A stretch of DNA of 19,280 nucleotides from the IMG/VR virus record IMGVR_UViG_2711768037_000017, positions 1 through 19,280 of that record. The stretch is one strand, 5' to 3'. The notes beneath the pieces are model-generated. The model was not told where the DNA came from. It made no database searches and saw nothing but the letters and a program-made list of their open reading frames with translations. The number at the start of each line of letters is the position of its first letter. The first letter of the stretch is position 1. Origin of the DNA: a virus. Lineage: Duplodnaviria > Heunggongvirae > Uroviricota > Caudoviricetes. Shown here piece after piece: positions 7,232-17,182 of the stretch. The translations under genes and the position numbers were made by a program.

Positions 7232-8619
7232 TAATCACCCCATAGTGAAGAAAAGTTACTGCTGGCTGCTGGCTGTGATACCTGTGCAGGTTGAGATTGC
7301 TGCCGCTGAGATTTACCAACATTAACGTTATATTGTTGGTTGTAATTGTTGGTGTATTCCTGAATCTCACGAATCGACTGCTGCATAGCCTCCGGGCTTG
7401 AATAGTCAACCTGCGGCATCCCCTGAAAATACATCTTCGCTTCTGCAACGGTGTTAATACCACTGGCACCCATGTCCCTTGCTGCTGCCACCCCCTGATT
7501 CTGCATTCTGCCCTGAATACGTTGTGCTGAGTTATATAACTGGCGCTGCTCTTTTCCTGTTAATCGGCTGCGAACATCAGCACCAATTGCCGGGTTACCT
7601 GCACCGCCTGTCATTCCTGTCATGAAATCGAGAGCAGAAGCGTCTGCATTTGCGATCGCGTCGATATCCTTCTTCATGGCATAGTTTTGTGCTGATGCAG
7701 ACGATGTTGCAGGCGCTGCGATTGAACTGGCAGGAACGCGAACCATATTCCCCTCGTTGTCGATGCCTTCGTAGAACGCATTAGCCCCAGCGCCGTGAAG
7801 TTTCCCGCCTACCGTTACAGTTCTGCCATCTGATAACTGAACTGTACGCTCATCATTACCAGCGGTTCCTCTTGTTGACGCTCTCTGCATTGCCAAATCC
7901 TGCCCGCGTCGCGCAGTAGAAGCAGATAAATCCTGACCGCGCATCGTGATGTTCTGACCTCGTGCTGTTAGCGCCTCTCCGGCCTGATTGCTGCGGATTG
8001 TCTCTGCCAGTCTGCCCCTGTCAATCTCACGACCAGCCATCTTGTCCTGAACATTGAAGTAATCAATCGGACCAAGAGCAGCCATTCCGAGGTGATCAAC
8101 AAACTCACCAAATCCTGAAGGATTCTGCTGATACATCTGAGCAACGTTGTTAGGGTCAACGCCGACGCGCGCCAGTTCCTTGGCGTTGTTTTGCAGCCAT
8201 GATTGCATTGCTTCTGGAGACGAGGCCGCAAGGCGTGCGCCAGCTGCTAAGGTGCCGATAGAATTACGCTGCTCTTCATCAATGAATCCCATGCCTTTAC
8301 GAACGGATTCAATCTGGTCTGGATATTGAGTAGCCAACTGACGCAAAGCACCGCGATCACCAGACGCATAAGCATTAGCGTATGCCTGCTGAAATTCTTT
8401 CTGCCGCTGAGCCTGCTTTTCCTGCTGAAACACCCCCGCAATACCTGAAAGGCCTTGCAAAGCAGTCAGCCCAACATTGTTAGCGCCTGAACGCTCAATA
8501 TCATTGTTCTGCCTGATAAGCTGAAGCGTATTGCCGATGTCATTTACGCTCGGAGCGTTTGAGTTGACGCCACCGATACCAGCCAACAATCCGCCGTTTG
8601 TTCCTTGCCAAGTAGCCAT
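7231..8619 (-). CDS. Ejection protein, P22 gp20-like (462 aa)
   Basis: Position and size match P22 gp20 (about 470 aa). Ala/Gln/Gly-rich, low-complexity composition typical of ejection proteins. Translationally coupled to the gp16-like gene. Confidence 0.75.
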   Translation of the reverse strand: MATWQGTNGGLLAGIGGVNSNAPSVNDIGNTLQLIRQNNDIERSGANNVGLTALQGLSGIAGVFQQEKQAQRQKEFQQAYANAYASGDRGALRQLATQYPDQIESVRKGMGFIDEEQRNSIGTLAAGARLAASSPEAMQSWLQNNAKELARVGVDPNNVAQMYQQNPSGFGEFVDHLGMAALGPIDYFNVQDKMAGREIDRGRLAETIRSNQAGEALTARGQNITMRGQDLSASTARRGQDLAMQRASTRGTAGNDERTVQLSDGRTVTVGGKLHGAGANAFYEGIDNEGNMVRVPASSIAAPATSSASAQNYAMKKDIDAIANADASALDFMTGMTGGAGNPAIGADVRSRLTGKEQRQLYNSAQRIQGRMQNQGVAAARDMGASGINTVAEAKMYFQGMPQVDYSSPEAMQQSIREIQEYTNNYNQQYNVNVGKSQRQQSQPAQVSQPAASSNFSSLWGD

Positions 8620-8628
8620 GATTACCCC

Positions 8629-9321
8629 TTAAAACAACGAGCCAAGCAATCCGATACCAGCACCAATGCCAGCGCCCCAAGGCGTTGATGTTCCCAAAAG
8701 GCTGGCAAGACCTGCACCGGCAATCGCACCAGACGTGCCACCGCTAATTGCAGTCTGAAGACTTGATGGTTTATTGGCATTAGCAGCGGCAAGCGCTGCA
8801 CTTTGCTGTGCAATGCTGCTCATGTTGTTGGCGTATGTCTGCCCAGCGTTTGCCTGACCTTGCAGCGCACCAAGCCCAACGTTTGCCAGATTATTGTAAT
8901 TGCTCATCTGGTTTGATAACCACGACTGACCGAGAGTCGGAGCAATCGTAGCCAGTTGATTGCTTGTAGCTGTCGAACCAAGTCCGCCAGTCGCCTCCGC
9001 AGCAGCAAGACTCTGGTAACGAGCCTGACCTGCAAGGTCTTTATACTGCTGAGAGTTGTAATACTGATTAAGTGCCTGCCCCTGACCTTCTAAACTGGAA
9101 AGGTTCTGAAGCTGGTTAACATACTGCTCCGCAAGAGGCGTGAACGGAGCAAGGTTTTTCATGATCGTCTGCCACTGCTGATTTTGCAGGTCTGCTGCAT
9201 ACTTCTGAGCTTCTGCGGCATACTTTGCGCTTTTATCAGAACTGCCACCTTTCCCGCCTTTTTCAGGGCAATAAGGTTCCTCGCCGCGCAGTTTTCTGCC
9301 CAGCTTAAATGCATATAACAT
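8629..9321 (-). CDS. Ejection protein, P22 gp7-like (230 aa)
   Basis: Position and size match P22 gp7 (about 229 aa). N-terminus MLYAFKLGRKLRGEEPYCPEKGGKGG followed by an Ala/Gln-rich body and a Gly-rich hydrophobic C-terminus. Confidence 0.75.
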   Translation of the reverse strand: MLYAFKLGRKLRGEEPYCPEKGGKGGSSDKSAKYAAEAQKYAADLQNQQWQTIMKNLAPFTPLAEQYVNQLQNLSSLEGQGQALNQYYNSQQYKDLAGQARYQSLAAAEATGGLGSTATSNQLATIAPTLGQSWLSNQMSNYNNLANVGLGALQGQANAGQTYANNMSSIAQQSAALAAANANKPSSLQTAISGGTSGAIAGAGLASLLGTSTPWGAGIGAGIGLLGSLF

Positions 9322-9323
9322 GG

Positions 9324-9779
9324 CTATCTCCCGTGATTCAGGAATTCGATTAGTTCTTCGCGTGTAGCACTGTAAAATGTCACGTCATCCACGCCTTTGA
9401 AGTATTTCTTGATGGTTCCTACACGCTTAAGGCCAATCATTGCGCAGTAAATCTGCCCGTGGCGGAATTTGCGTGCGGCGAACGATGTGACGCACTGAAC
9501 GGTGGTGTTAGTCAGAATGTATCGCCAGAACGCCAGCCCGATTTCCTTGCTGAAGCCGCGAATCTCTGGCAGGTACATGGCGTGGCAATCGAATGTCAGC
9601 GGCTGAATCTCCTGATAGTAAACAATGCCGCCGAACTGCCCGTGCACGTTCACCTCAAAGTAACGGCATTCAGGTTTGTAGTCGTATCCATCACCGTTGT
9701 TGCTTCCGGCAATAATGTCAGGGTGATTTCCGACTGCTTCGATCAGGTCGATATTTCGCGTTGGTTTGAACTGAATCAT
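9324..9779 (-). CDS. Virion protein in the P22 gp14 position (151 aa)
   Basis: Assigned by synteny between the tail needle and the gp7-like gene. No motif recognised. Tightly packed against both neighbours. Confidence 0.6.
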   Translation of the reverse strand: MIQFKPTRNIDLIEAVGNHPDIIAGSNNGDGYDYKPECRYFEVNVHGQFGGIVYYQEIQPLTFDCHAMYLPEIRGFSKEIGLAFWRYILTNTTVQCVTSFAARKFRHGQIYCAMIGLKRVGTIKKYFKGVDDVTFYSATREELIEFLNHGR

Positions 9780-10627
9780 TACTGCTCCGCAATGATTTTG
9801 ATGGTTGTGGCAGTAAACGCCGCACCATTAGACTGAATGGTTAACGTGCTGCCATTTGTGGCAAGAAAGCCGTCTTTATCCACGCTGAAGAACGTAGCTA
9901 ACAGGATGTTATCGGTTGTTGTAGCAGAGTTGCGACTGCTGACCAACGTGTCAGGAACAGAGCCGGAAAAGGTTAGCTGCATTGACCTGTTGGCGGTTCC
10001 GCTGGGCCACGTGCCGACAATCGACAGCTTGAAGAACAGCGTTTTGTTCTCGTTGAACACAACCATCTTGTTGTTAACGGTGTCGAAGAATGGTGCCAAC
10101 GTTCCGGATGACGGCGTGAGCGTTTTCAGCAGGCTAACAAGGTTGGTCGGCGCTGTCGGGATGGTTACAGATACGCCAGAGTAAACAACCTCTGACTTCT
10201 TGCGAGTAGTGGCATACTCCAGAGCATCGATGCGCGTTTCATGGTCTGAAACCTGCGATTCCAGCGACTGAACTCTGGTATCAAGCGACGCAATATCGCT
10301 TTCATTCTGAGCTATTCGTGTTTCATGTTCCTGAAGAGTTGATTCTGCCTGGCTGATTCGCTCCTCATGATTAACAAGCGTTGCTTCCGCAGCAGAAATT
10401 CGCTGCTCATGGTCAGCGAGAATCACATCCTGCTCATCGTTCCTGACCTGTGCATCATAAGCGCCCTGTCCGGCCTCGTTGGCCTTGTTAGCCACATTAC
10501 CAACATCAGTACCCTGTGCAATAACGTACAGCAGATATGACTGCGAGAAGATATTACGCGGAAGGACTGATGTGTCGAGCCGTGTAGCCTGAATGATTAC
10601 CGGCACATTGAGATTCGAATCCGCCAT
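9779..10627 (-). CDS. Tail needle protein (P22 gp26 / Sf6 gp9 type) with C-terminal knob domain (282 aa)
   Basis: N-terminus [43 protein letters not shown] matches the conserved gp26 N-terminal domain as I recall it. The central region is a heptad-like coiled-coil repeat (HEQRIS, HEERIS, HETRIA, DTRVQS, HETRID). A ~130-aa Ser/Thr-rich C-terminal extension resembles the knob of Sf6-type needles rather than the short P22 tip. Confidence 0.85.
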   Translation of the reverse strand: MADSNLNVPVIIQATRLDTSVLPRNIFSQSYLLYVIAQGTDVGNVANKANEAGQGAYDAQVRNDEQDVILADHEQRISAAEATLVNHEERISQAESTLQEHETRIAQNESDIASLDTRVQSLESQVSDHETRIDALEYATTRKKSEVVYSGVSVTIPTAPTNLVSLLKTLTPSSGTLAPFFDTVNNKMVVFNENKTLFFKLSIVGTWPSGTANRSMQLTFSGSVPDTLVSSRNSATTTDNILLATFFSVDKDGFLATNGSTLTIQSNGAAFTATTIKIIAEQ

Positions 10628-12045
10628 TACTCAATCCTTATCTGAGCGCCAGACAGAGTGACTGGTGACTTCGTGATAACGCGCAATTTGAAGCCGACAT
10701 TTTTCCTGATGCGCCCGACTCGCTTCCACAAAACACGTTTGTCGTAAACGAACGGTTCATTCTGTTCAATCATCTGCTCACGTCCGTAATTTATGCCGTC
10801 AGTGGTTGCAGAGAGAAAAAGGCGGTCCGCGTACTGAGCAACACCCGTCGATGATTCCACCTCCAGATCAAAACATCTGGCGTTCTCAGCTTTGAAGAGG
10901 GGTGTAAACAACAGGTGTTCTTGCTGTAGCCCATACTGGCAGCTGATGTCGAACTGCAATTTCCCGGTCACGGACTCCAGCTTATCGCCGCACGTTATCT
11001 GATTGCCTTCGTAAATGAAGTCGATAGCGCGGTACACATCATCATACAGTCCTGTTTTCAGCACACACCATTGCGGACCATTGGCGCTTGAAGATGCATC
11101 GTACACGAGGACGTGACGCGGAAGATGGATAATCAGCAACTCATGAGCATCAAACCGCAACGATTCCATCACGCCATCAGCCAGTTCATCAGCAGTGTAG
11201 GAGCGGAGGATTTTCTCAATGCTCGCACTGGCGATTGATGACACCTGACCGGAGCCGATGATGTACACAGACGGCGCACCTGTTGCCGGATTGCTGATGA
11301 ACGCATATGAATCAGAGAATGGCGTTTTGCAGTAAGTCCCGGCAATGCCTTTCTGCACCATCAGCGATGGCTGGGCGACATACAAAGCAGCACCAACTGT
11401 GGTTGCACCAGTCAGGGAGAAATATTCAATCGTCGATGAACCAAAGCAGACGATGAAGTCTCGCCATGTGCCGATACCGATGATGCCGTCCGGCTGCGAT
11501 TCTGCGCGATATTGTGCGCTGTAACGGTCAGGATGCGATTCGTCTTCAAGGTCAGTGATAAACCATGAATCAGTTCCGTCTTTTGACCACGCATAACGCC
11601 CGCGTAAGCGCGTAATGTCACGAACAGAACCTAACTCATACTGCGTGAATCCGCTGTCTGTAGGCCAGTTTGAGACGGTTTTAACCGTGCCATCATAGCG
11701 GTATTCGACCAGTTTCCCGTTAACGCCTACCGCCTGTGATGTCCGACCATGCGCCATTGATACACGACCACTTCCGGCGACGTCACCGACTTCGCTTTCG
11801 CCTTTGTAGAGCTTGCCGCCACACACGCGATAAACAGCACTCTGCGCCATGTTGTACTCGACGCCTCGAGATACACCGTTCACATCAGAACGTTTGGCAA
11901 TGCCCGGGAATGAGCGAAGATATCCGCTGCTGTTCAGGATTTCTTTGGGTGTAGCCAACATATTCACTGGCAGATAGTCGATATAGTCGGCGTTTCGAAA
12001 GTCTTTGCCGACACCTTTCATAAGCGGAAGTTGCTGAATCGGCAT
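10627..12045 (-). CDS. Tail accessory (tail hub) protein, P22 gp10-like (472 aa)
   Basis: Same length as P22 gp10, and the N-terminus [49 protein letters not shown] matches my recollection of gp10. Position follows gp4 as in P22. Confidence 0.85.
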   Translation of the reverse strand: MPIQQLPLMKGVGKDFRNADYIDYLPVNMLATPKEILNSSGYLRSFPGIAKRSDVNGVSRGVEYNMAQSAVYRVCGGKLYKGESEVGDVAGSGRVSMAHGRTSQAVGVNGKLVEYRYDGTVKTVSNWPTDSGFTQYELGSVRDITRLRGRYAWSKDGTDSWFITDLEDESHPDRYSAQYRAESQPDGIIGIGTWRDFIVCFGSSTIEYFSLTGATTVGAALYVAQPSLMVQKGIAGTYCKTPFSDSYAFISNPATGAPSVYIIGSGQVSSIASASIEKILRSYTADELADGVMESLRFDAHELLIIHLPRHVLVYDASSSANGPQWCVLKTGLYDDVYRAIDFIYEGNQITCGDKLESVTGKLQFDISCQYGLQQEHLLFTPLFKAENARCFDLEVESSTGVAQYADRLFLSATTDGINYGREQMIEQNEPFVYDKRVLWKRVGRIRKNVGFKLRVITKSPVTLSGAQIRIE

Positions 12046-12054
12046 TTATTCACC

Positions 12055-12516
12055 TCACGTACTCGGATCATCTTTCTCGATGTAAAACCGATTCCACGTA
12101 AACGCGCTTTTGTTACCACTACCGCGAGGCATGTCATTTCGCCGCTCAAGTGGTGGTATTTTGGTTAAAGCGATACAGATTGTCTGATATGCACTGTCAG
12201 CAGCGGTAAGGAGAGCGTCTGACGGCTGAATGACGTTATCCATGCACACTTGCACAGCGAGTTTCAACGCGACGCCATCATTTGCCCATGCAGGGATACC
12301 TGAATCATCGTCAGGTAACGGCATGATGCCGTTTTCTGTATCAGCAAACTGATACCCAAGCTCGATACCTTTAGCCTGCCATGCTGCCATCATGTCTTCG
12401 AGGTCATTAATGGCATCTTCAATTGCCTGAGGGTCAGCATCTGTCAACGTGGCATTGGAATACAGCCCGGCTTTTCGTAAAGCCTTTAGAACGAGATCAC
12501 CCTTCGTTTTCGCCAT
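12055..12516 (-). CDS. Head-to-tail adaptor protein, P22 gp4-like (153 aa)
   Basis: N-terminus MAKTKGDLVLKALRKAGLYSNATLTDADPQAIEDAINDLEDMMAAW resembles P22 gp4 (KTKGDLV...ATLTD...DLEAMMAEW as recalled). ATG at 12516-12514 has an AAGG/GGAAG Shine-Dalgarno upstream. Confidence 0.85.
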   Translation of the reverse strand: MAKTKGDLVLKALRKAGLYSNATLTDADPQAIEDAINDLEDMMAAWQAKGIELGYQFADTENGIMPLPDDDSGIPAWANDGVALKLAVQVCMDNVIQPSDALLTAADSAYQTICIALTKIPPLERRNDMPRGSGNKSAFTWNRFYIEKDDPST

Positions 12517-12685
12517 CTTCTTCCGCCTTAGCCACTTTTTGCTTCGTTGCGGTTTCTTCAGGAGTTTTTACCCAACCTTTTTTCAGGTGAGATTTAACTT
12601 CTTCGTCATCAACAATGATGTAATCGACAGCAAACTGACCACAGGTGATCATGTTGCCAGGCTTATAGAGCATTGTTCGTGCCAT
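12497..12685 (-). CDS. Small hypothetical protein between coat and gp4 (62 aa, acidic C-terminus)
   Basis: Start moved to internal ATG 12685-12683, which has a GGAG Shine-Dalgarno 6 nt upstream. The longer ORF-track start at 12724 would lie inside the post-coat terminator hairpin. Product MARTMLYKPGNMITCGQFAVDYIIVDDEEV...EEDGENEG. Overlaps the gp4 start by 20 nt. Confidence 0.5.
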   Translation of the reverse strand: MARTMLYKPGNMITCGQFAVDYIIVDDEEVKSHLKKGWVKTPEETATKQKVAKAEEDGENEG

Positions 12686-12693
12686 TGTCTTCT

Positions 12694-12720
12694 CCCAATA
12701 AAAATGGGGCCGAAGCCCCA
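12694..12720 (-). terminator. Intrinsic terminator/attenuator directly downstream of the coat gene
   Basis: On the minus strand: UGGGGC-UUCG-GCCCCA (6-bp GC-rich stem, UUCG tetraloop) followed by UUUUUAUUGGG, lying 6 nt after the coat stop codon (12727-12729) and just before the Shine-Dalgarno of the next gene. Probably partial, since essential genes follow. Confidence 0.55.
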
Positions 12721-12726
12721 CCAAAA

Positions 12727-13980
12727 TTACTGCCCGGCAATAACGATGCCCGTATATTCAGGAACAAGTACAGAGCAACCGTACAGAGTGGTGAAACGAG
12801 CAGTGGTTACGCCTTTGATGTGGTCGAAGGCGTAAGACATGATCAGCGTAGCGCCCTGCTCGGTGGTTGCTGTCATTACCTGTGGACCCTGACCAGTCGG
12901 GAACGCCAGTTTGCCGTACATCAGCTCAACAGAACCATCAGCCCAGAACAGGTTAGCCGGTGCGGCATTTTTGTTGAGAATGGTAATTGCTGCACCATTT
13001 GCCGCGTTAGCATCAACGTTTGCATATGGTCGGCTGGCGACATCAGCGTTATCAGGCGGCAGAATTTTCGGGGAGATAGTTACTGTCGTTCCGCTTACTG
13101 CCAGAACGCGGAATACCTGCGGCTGCCCGGTGGTATCTTTGGTGATTTGGTGTACGGAATTCACGCCAGCAATGGTGAACGCATCGCCAACCTGCAAACC
13201 AGATGCAGATACCGTAATGGTCCCCTGTCGGTTATCCACTGGCATATCGTTGGCATCTTTCGCTTCAACCTTGTGCGCAGGTTCAGCCGCCAGCGTCAGG
13301 GAAGTTGCTGTACCCTTCGGAACACGACCAGAAATATCGGTCTTGTAGCTATCGAAGGACGCAACCGGAGGGATCTGCGCTTTTTCGTATGCTGTCAGGG
13401 TTGCACCCTGAGCATAGGCACGGTGACCAAGCTCGCCAGCAAGGTCTTTGTAGTTGAAGGGGTTCCAGAAAGAGTGACGGTTGATACCCTGAGGTACACC
13501 AATCGCCGTCATGGTGGCATCAATACCTGCCGCACAGTTCCACAAATCACGGCCCTGTGTTCCTGTGGTTGAGTCAGCCATCGTGATCACGTTAGTAGCA
13601 CGCTGCGTGACCATGGAAATCAGGTCAGAGTCAATCTGTGCAGCAAGGCGCATACCTGCAGCGCGACCAGCTTCAGTTTTATGTTCCGGGTCACGCATTT
13701 CACGCGCATCCAGAGTGTACAGTATGTTTTTCGGCTCCTTGAACACAGAAGGAACAAGGCGCTGAACCAGTGCTGTTGGCGTTTTGCCGCTGAGGTCTAG
13801 GCCTTCCTCAATGTTCATGTGGTAATGCTGCGGACGATACAGAACATCACCTGCTCGCTGCATTGCTGTATCACCGGGACGGAATTTTTTAGCGTTACGG
13901 GAAACTACGCAGGCGGCCTCAAAGCCTTCAACGTAGTTTTCGAACATGATTTCAAGGTCTTTTGCTAATTGGTTAGCCAT
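12727..13980 (-). CDS. Major capsid (coat) protein, P22 gp5 type (417 aa)
   Basis: Position after the scaffold gene and a size near P22/Sf6 coat proteins. Local similarity to P22 coat as recalled (NLFWADGS vs NVFWADDA; RPYANVDAN vs RAYANVNTS). Confidence 0.88.
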   Translation of the reverse strand: MANQLAKDLEIMFENYVEGFEAACVVSRNAKKFRPGDTAMQRAGDVLYRPQHYHMNIEEGLDLSGKTPTALVQRLVPSVFKEPKNILYTLDAREMRDPEHKTEAGRAAGMRLAAQIDSDLISMVTQRATNVITMADSTTGTQGRDLWNCAAGIDATMTAIGVPQGINRHSFWNPFNYKDLAGELGHRAYAQGATLTAYEKAQIPPVASFDSYKTDISGRVPKGTATSLTLAAEPAHKVEAKDANDMPVDNRQGTITVSASGLQVGDAFTIAGVNSVHQITKDTTGQPQVFRVLAVSGTTVTISPKILPPDNADVASRPYANVDANAANGAAITILNKNAAPANLFWADGSVELMYGKLAFPTGQGPQVMTATTEQGATLIMSYAFDHIKGVTTARFTTLYGCSVLVPEYTGIVIAGQ

Positions 13981-13998
13981 GCTTAATGCTCCGATAGG

Positions 13999-14892
13999 TT
14001 ATTTTTTTGCCTTTTTAGCGGCGAAATACGGCGTCCAGTCACCAGTTTCCAGCGCCTTGGCTTTCAGTTTGTCGAGGTTATTGATTACTGCGCCGTTGCT
14101 CCCCTTAACTGTCGGGGTTGTGGCTGCCGTGGTTTTTGCTTTTGGCATGATTCTGGCCTTCGATTCGATACGTTCCAGCAGACGACCAATTGCTACGGGG
14201 TTGGTAGCTTCTGCCAGTTGCTTGCGCAGTTCAGCGTTGCGACCGAGCGCCAGAACAACGATTTCCGGCTTCTCTGACTCAAACAGGATCGCGTTTTGTG
14301 TCTCGATGGGGATTTCCTCGAGTACGGCCTGTTCTGCTTCCTGATAGCCAGGAACCTTGAGAGCCTTAACACGTTGCTGATATTTGGATAATCGCTCTTG
14401 ATAAGCAGCCTGAAGCTCCTGCTCCTTCTGCTTGCGAGCCATCTCCTGTTGCTGGTATTTGCCGTTATCCTCTGCCCACTTAGCCATGCGTTGCTGGTAG
14501 ATTTCTTCATCGAAACCGATGTCCTCATCATCCAGTTTTGGCATTCGCGGTGGTTGAGTGATTACCGGCTGCTGCTCGACGGGTTTCTGAGACTGACGCA
14601 TCAGCTCTTTCAGCTCACGGTCTTTCTCTTTAATCGTCTTGCGCAGGTGTTTTACCAGTCCATGCTCTGCGCCATCTTCGCTGGTTGGCGAATCCAGCTT
14701 TTCGTCACCAAAGTAGAATTCCTGTTCTGATTCGTCGTCATCAGTTTCAGTAGCTTCCTCTGCATCATTGCCGGAGGACTCACTGCCATCTTCTGTTTCG
14801 ACTTCTTCAGCCAGTTCGACATCATCAGGAATCTGCTCTGACGCGTCGGTTTCGATTTCAACTTCTGGTGTGTTTTCTGCCATCTGGTCCAT
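13999..14892 (-). CDS. Scaffolding protein, P22 gp8-like (297 aa)
   Basis: Located between portal and coat. Highly acidic N-terminus, Glu/Gln/Lys-rich helical middle and a basic helix-turn-helix-like C-terminus (…LDKLKAKALETGDWTPYFAAKKAKK), the architecture of P22 scaffold. Size matches (P22 gp8 about 303 aa). Confidence 0.8.
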   Translation of the reverse strand: MDQMAENTPEVEIETDASEQIPDDVELAEEVETEDGSESSGNDAEEATETDDDESEQEFYFGDEKLDSPTSEDGAEHGLVKHLRKTIKEKDRELKELMRQSQKPVEQQPVITQPPRMPKLDDEDIGFDEEIYQQRMAKWAEDNGKYQQQEMARKQKEQELQAAYQERLSKYQQRVKALKVPGYQEAEQAVLEEIPIETQNAILFESEKPEIVVLALGRNAELRKQLAEATNPVAIGRLLERIESKARIMPKAKTTAATTPTVKGSNGAVINNLDKLKAKALETGDWTPYFAAKKAKK

Positions 14893-14982
14893 TTGTTACC
14901 CCTGTTTACTCGATGTTCAGCCCATCGGAAGGCAATAGGGTGCCAGGCCTCATAAAGACAGCCATTGCACGTTATGGGTTAA

Positions 14983-17181
14983 TTACTGCTGTGGTTGTTG
15001 CTGAGTTGATTTTTGCAGGATGCTGCTGATGTCCATGCGCTGCGCATGGCCCTGTGCCTGACTTTTCAGGACAAGCTCTGCATCAGCACGGGCATTGTCT
15101 CCTTGCTGTTGCTGGAACTGTCCGAGCAGTTTCAGAGCCTCGCGGATATCAGATTTCTGCTGGCTATCAGCAGATGCGAGGATTTTCACAACGTTTGCCG
15201 CTGCAACCTGAGCATCAGTCTGTGCCTGGAATGCTTTAACCTGAATGGCTGCCTGCTCGTTCTGCGCTTTCTGCAATTCAGCCTGACCAGCAAGAAGCTG
15301 ACCTTGCGCAGCAACCATAGCCGGATCTGGCTGACTGGCCTGTTGTTGTTTCGCCTGCTCAACCATCTGCTGTTCTTCTGGCGTTCTCGGCTTGATAACT
15401 CCAGACAGAAGCAACTGATTGCGGTTGTATTCTTTCAGGTCGTCCATCCCTTCGCCGTCCATATTGTCGAGAATCATCGACGATACAAGGTCGTGCTTCG
15501 GCGTTCCTGGTGGGATAAGTGCCAGCATGGAAAGTAACGACTTAACCGTTGCATCACGGCGAGTAGCGAACGACTGACCGACATCGACAGTCACTTCATA
15601 GTTACCCTGCGAAAGGTCGTTAAGCGCGATAACCTGCCCTGTCTGACGGTCAACCACTTCACCAGTCATCAGCGCCACGTCATCGCTGCCGTCCTCATTA
15701 ACGATACGCATCGGCGTATCGCTGCCATAGACTTCACGCGCCATAGAAAGCCACACAACGCCAGCGCGACGCATGGATTTAGCCATGTTGTCCATGTAGA
15801 TATATGACTGCGTGTCCATCCTGTTAAAGATGCTATCAACGGTATCGGTAGCGACGTTGCTCGGCATGTTCTCAAGCTGCGACGCACCTGTAATTTGCTG
15901 AATAGCCGTTCCGGTGTACTGTAATAGCCCGGCAAGAGCAGGAGGCATTTGTGTCGGAGGCGTATAACTGCTGACCTGAGCCTGCGCTGTAATATCTCCG
16001 TTTTTGTTTTTCAGACTGACCATCGGCAGGAACGCCGGGCGCTTTTTGTTTCGCTCCGCCCAATGAGTGGCGAGAGTACCAGGAATCATGTCAACATCAA
16101 CTACAGGAATGCCATCACCGCCAGCCTGAGTAGCGTTATCTGCAATCATGGAAACCATCAGGTTCTCAAGACGCTGCGCATCCATCGCTTTTGCTGCGTG
16201 GCCTTCGATTCGCTCCTGATTATCAACAAATGAGCGACGCCCATATACCGGGATGAGAGGAATATGTTCGCCAGGAATACGCTTCGGCTCTTCCAGCCAT
16301 TCAGCGCCAGACAGAAGACCGCAATAAACTCTGCGTTTCTTCACTGTCCGCTCACCGATCAGTTCGAATGCACCATCGGTTAGCTCGTCGACAATATCTT
16401 TGATTTGCTCTTCATCATAGATTGCCGTTTCTCCGCTAACAGGGTTGCGCCACGCCGTGAGCTTCACCTTCTCTATGCGAACTTCGTAGTAGCGACCAAC
16501 ATAGATAGCATCAGGCGTTGACCAGTCATATTGAGTGCCAGTGTCATCACGAGAAAGGCTTGCCGCGATGGAATCAGGGTATTCAGCCTCGAACGCTTTG
16601 GGCGTCATGGAGAACATTTCCATAGCCCACATAGCATCAGAGCGGTCATATTGCTTGCTGTCCTGATCGAAGAAGACGCATGTCGCTGGGTCGTAAACAG
16701 GAAGAAGGCTGATGCGTCGCTGCTCGTTACTCGGATCCATTTCATCTTCGTAATCGGCACACATGCGGAAACAACCGAATCCTCCCGTTACAGCATCATC
16801 AAATGCGTTATCACACGCTTCGCCACCGGATGTTTCCTGATAGTCAGCGCGGAATTTGCCGTTCATCTTTTCGGCTAACGCTTCCGATGCCTTATCGTCC
16901 TTCGGCCTGAATTTAACGCTTATGCGATTCTGTCGATACTCGCCAATGATGCGATCACATTCACGGGCAATCTTATTCAGTTCAAAGCGCGGATAATGCT
17001 CAAACCTGCCTTCATCAAATGAGTAACCAGCGTTTGTGCTGCCTTCCCACTGTGCGCCGGATACCCGGACGAAACGTTGAGCCTCAATAATCTGCTCACG
17101 CATATCCTGCGTTGCTGACCAGGCATTATCAAAGTTGCACAGCACCTTGCGATGCCAGTCAGTCATCTTTTTTTCTGCCAT
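14983..17181 (-). CDS. Portal protein, P22 gp1 type, with long C-terminal helical barrel region (732 aa)
   Basis: Segments match P22 portal as recalled: RRRVY, GEHIPLIPVYG (P22 GEHIPIVPVFG), PRTPEEQQMVEQAKQQ, DPAMVAAQGQLLAGQAELQKAQNEQ. The Gln/Ala-rich C-terminal ~120 aa is typical of P22-like portals. Confidence 0.93.
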   Translation of the reverse strand: MAEKKMTDWHRKVLCNFDNAWSATQDMREQIIEAQRFVRVSGAQWEGSTNAGYSFDEGRFEHYPRFELNKIARECDRIIGEYRQNRISVKFRPKDDKASEALAEKMNGKFRADYQETSGGEACDNAFDDAVTGGFGCFRMCADYEDEMDPSNEQRRISLLPVYDPATCVFFDQDSKQYDRSDAMWAMEMFSMTPKAFEAEYPDSIAASLSRDDTGTQYDWSTPDAIYVGRYYEVRIEKVKLTAWRNPVSGETAIYDEEQIKDIVDELTDGAFELIGERTVKKRRVYCGLLSGAEWLEEPKRIPGEHIPLIPVYGRRSFVDNQERIEGHAAKAMDAQRLENLMVSMIADNATQAGGDGIPVVDVDMIPGTLATHWAERNKKRPAFLPMVSLKNKNGDITAQAQVSSYTPPTQMPPALAGLLQYTGTAIQQITGASQLENMPSNVATDTVDSIFNRMDTQSYIYMDNMAKSMRRAGVVWLSMAREVYGSDTPMRIVNEDGSDDVALMTGEVVDRQTGQVIALNDLSQGNYEVTVDVGQSFATRRDATVKSLLSMLALIPPGTPKHDLVSSMILDNMDGEGMDDLKEYNRNQLLLSGVIKPRTPEEQQMVEQAKQQQASQPDPAMVAAQGQLLAGQAELQKAQNEQAAIQVKAFQAQTDAQVAAANVVKILASADSQQKSDIREALKLLGQFQQQQGDNARADAELVLKSQAQGHAQRMDISSILQKSTQQQPQQ

Positions 17182-17182
17182 A

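Noticed and set aside
12673-13572. 299-aa plus-strand ORF (and nested 12911-13348 ORF) inside the coat gene
   Set aside because: Antisense to a confidently identified coat gene; Arg/Cys-rich odd composition typical of a spurious antisense frame in GC-rich coding DNA.
15013-15537. 174-aa plus-strand ORF inside the portal gene
   Set aside because: Antisense to the portal gene; Leu/Arg/Cys-rich with no motif; most likely spurious.
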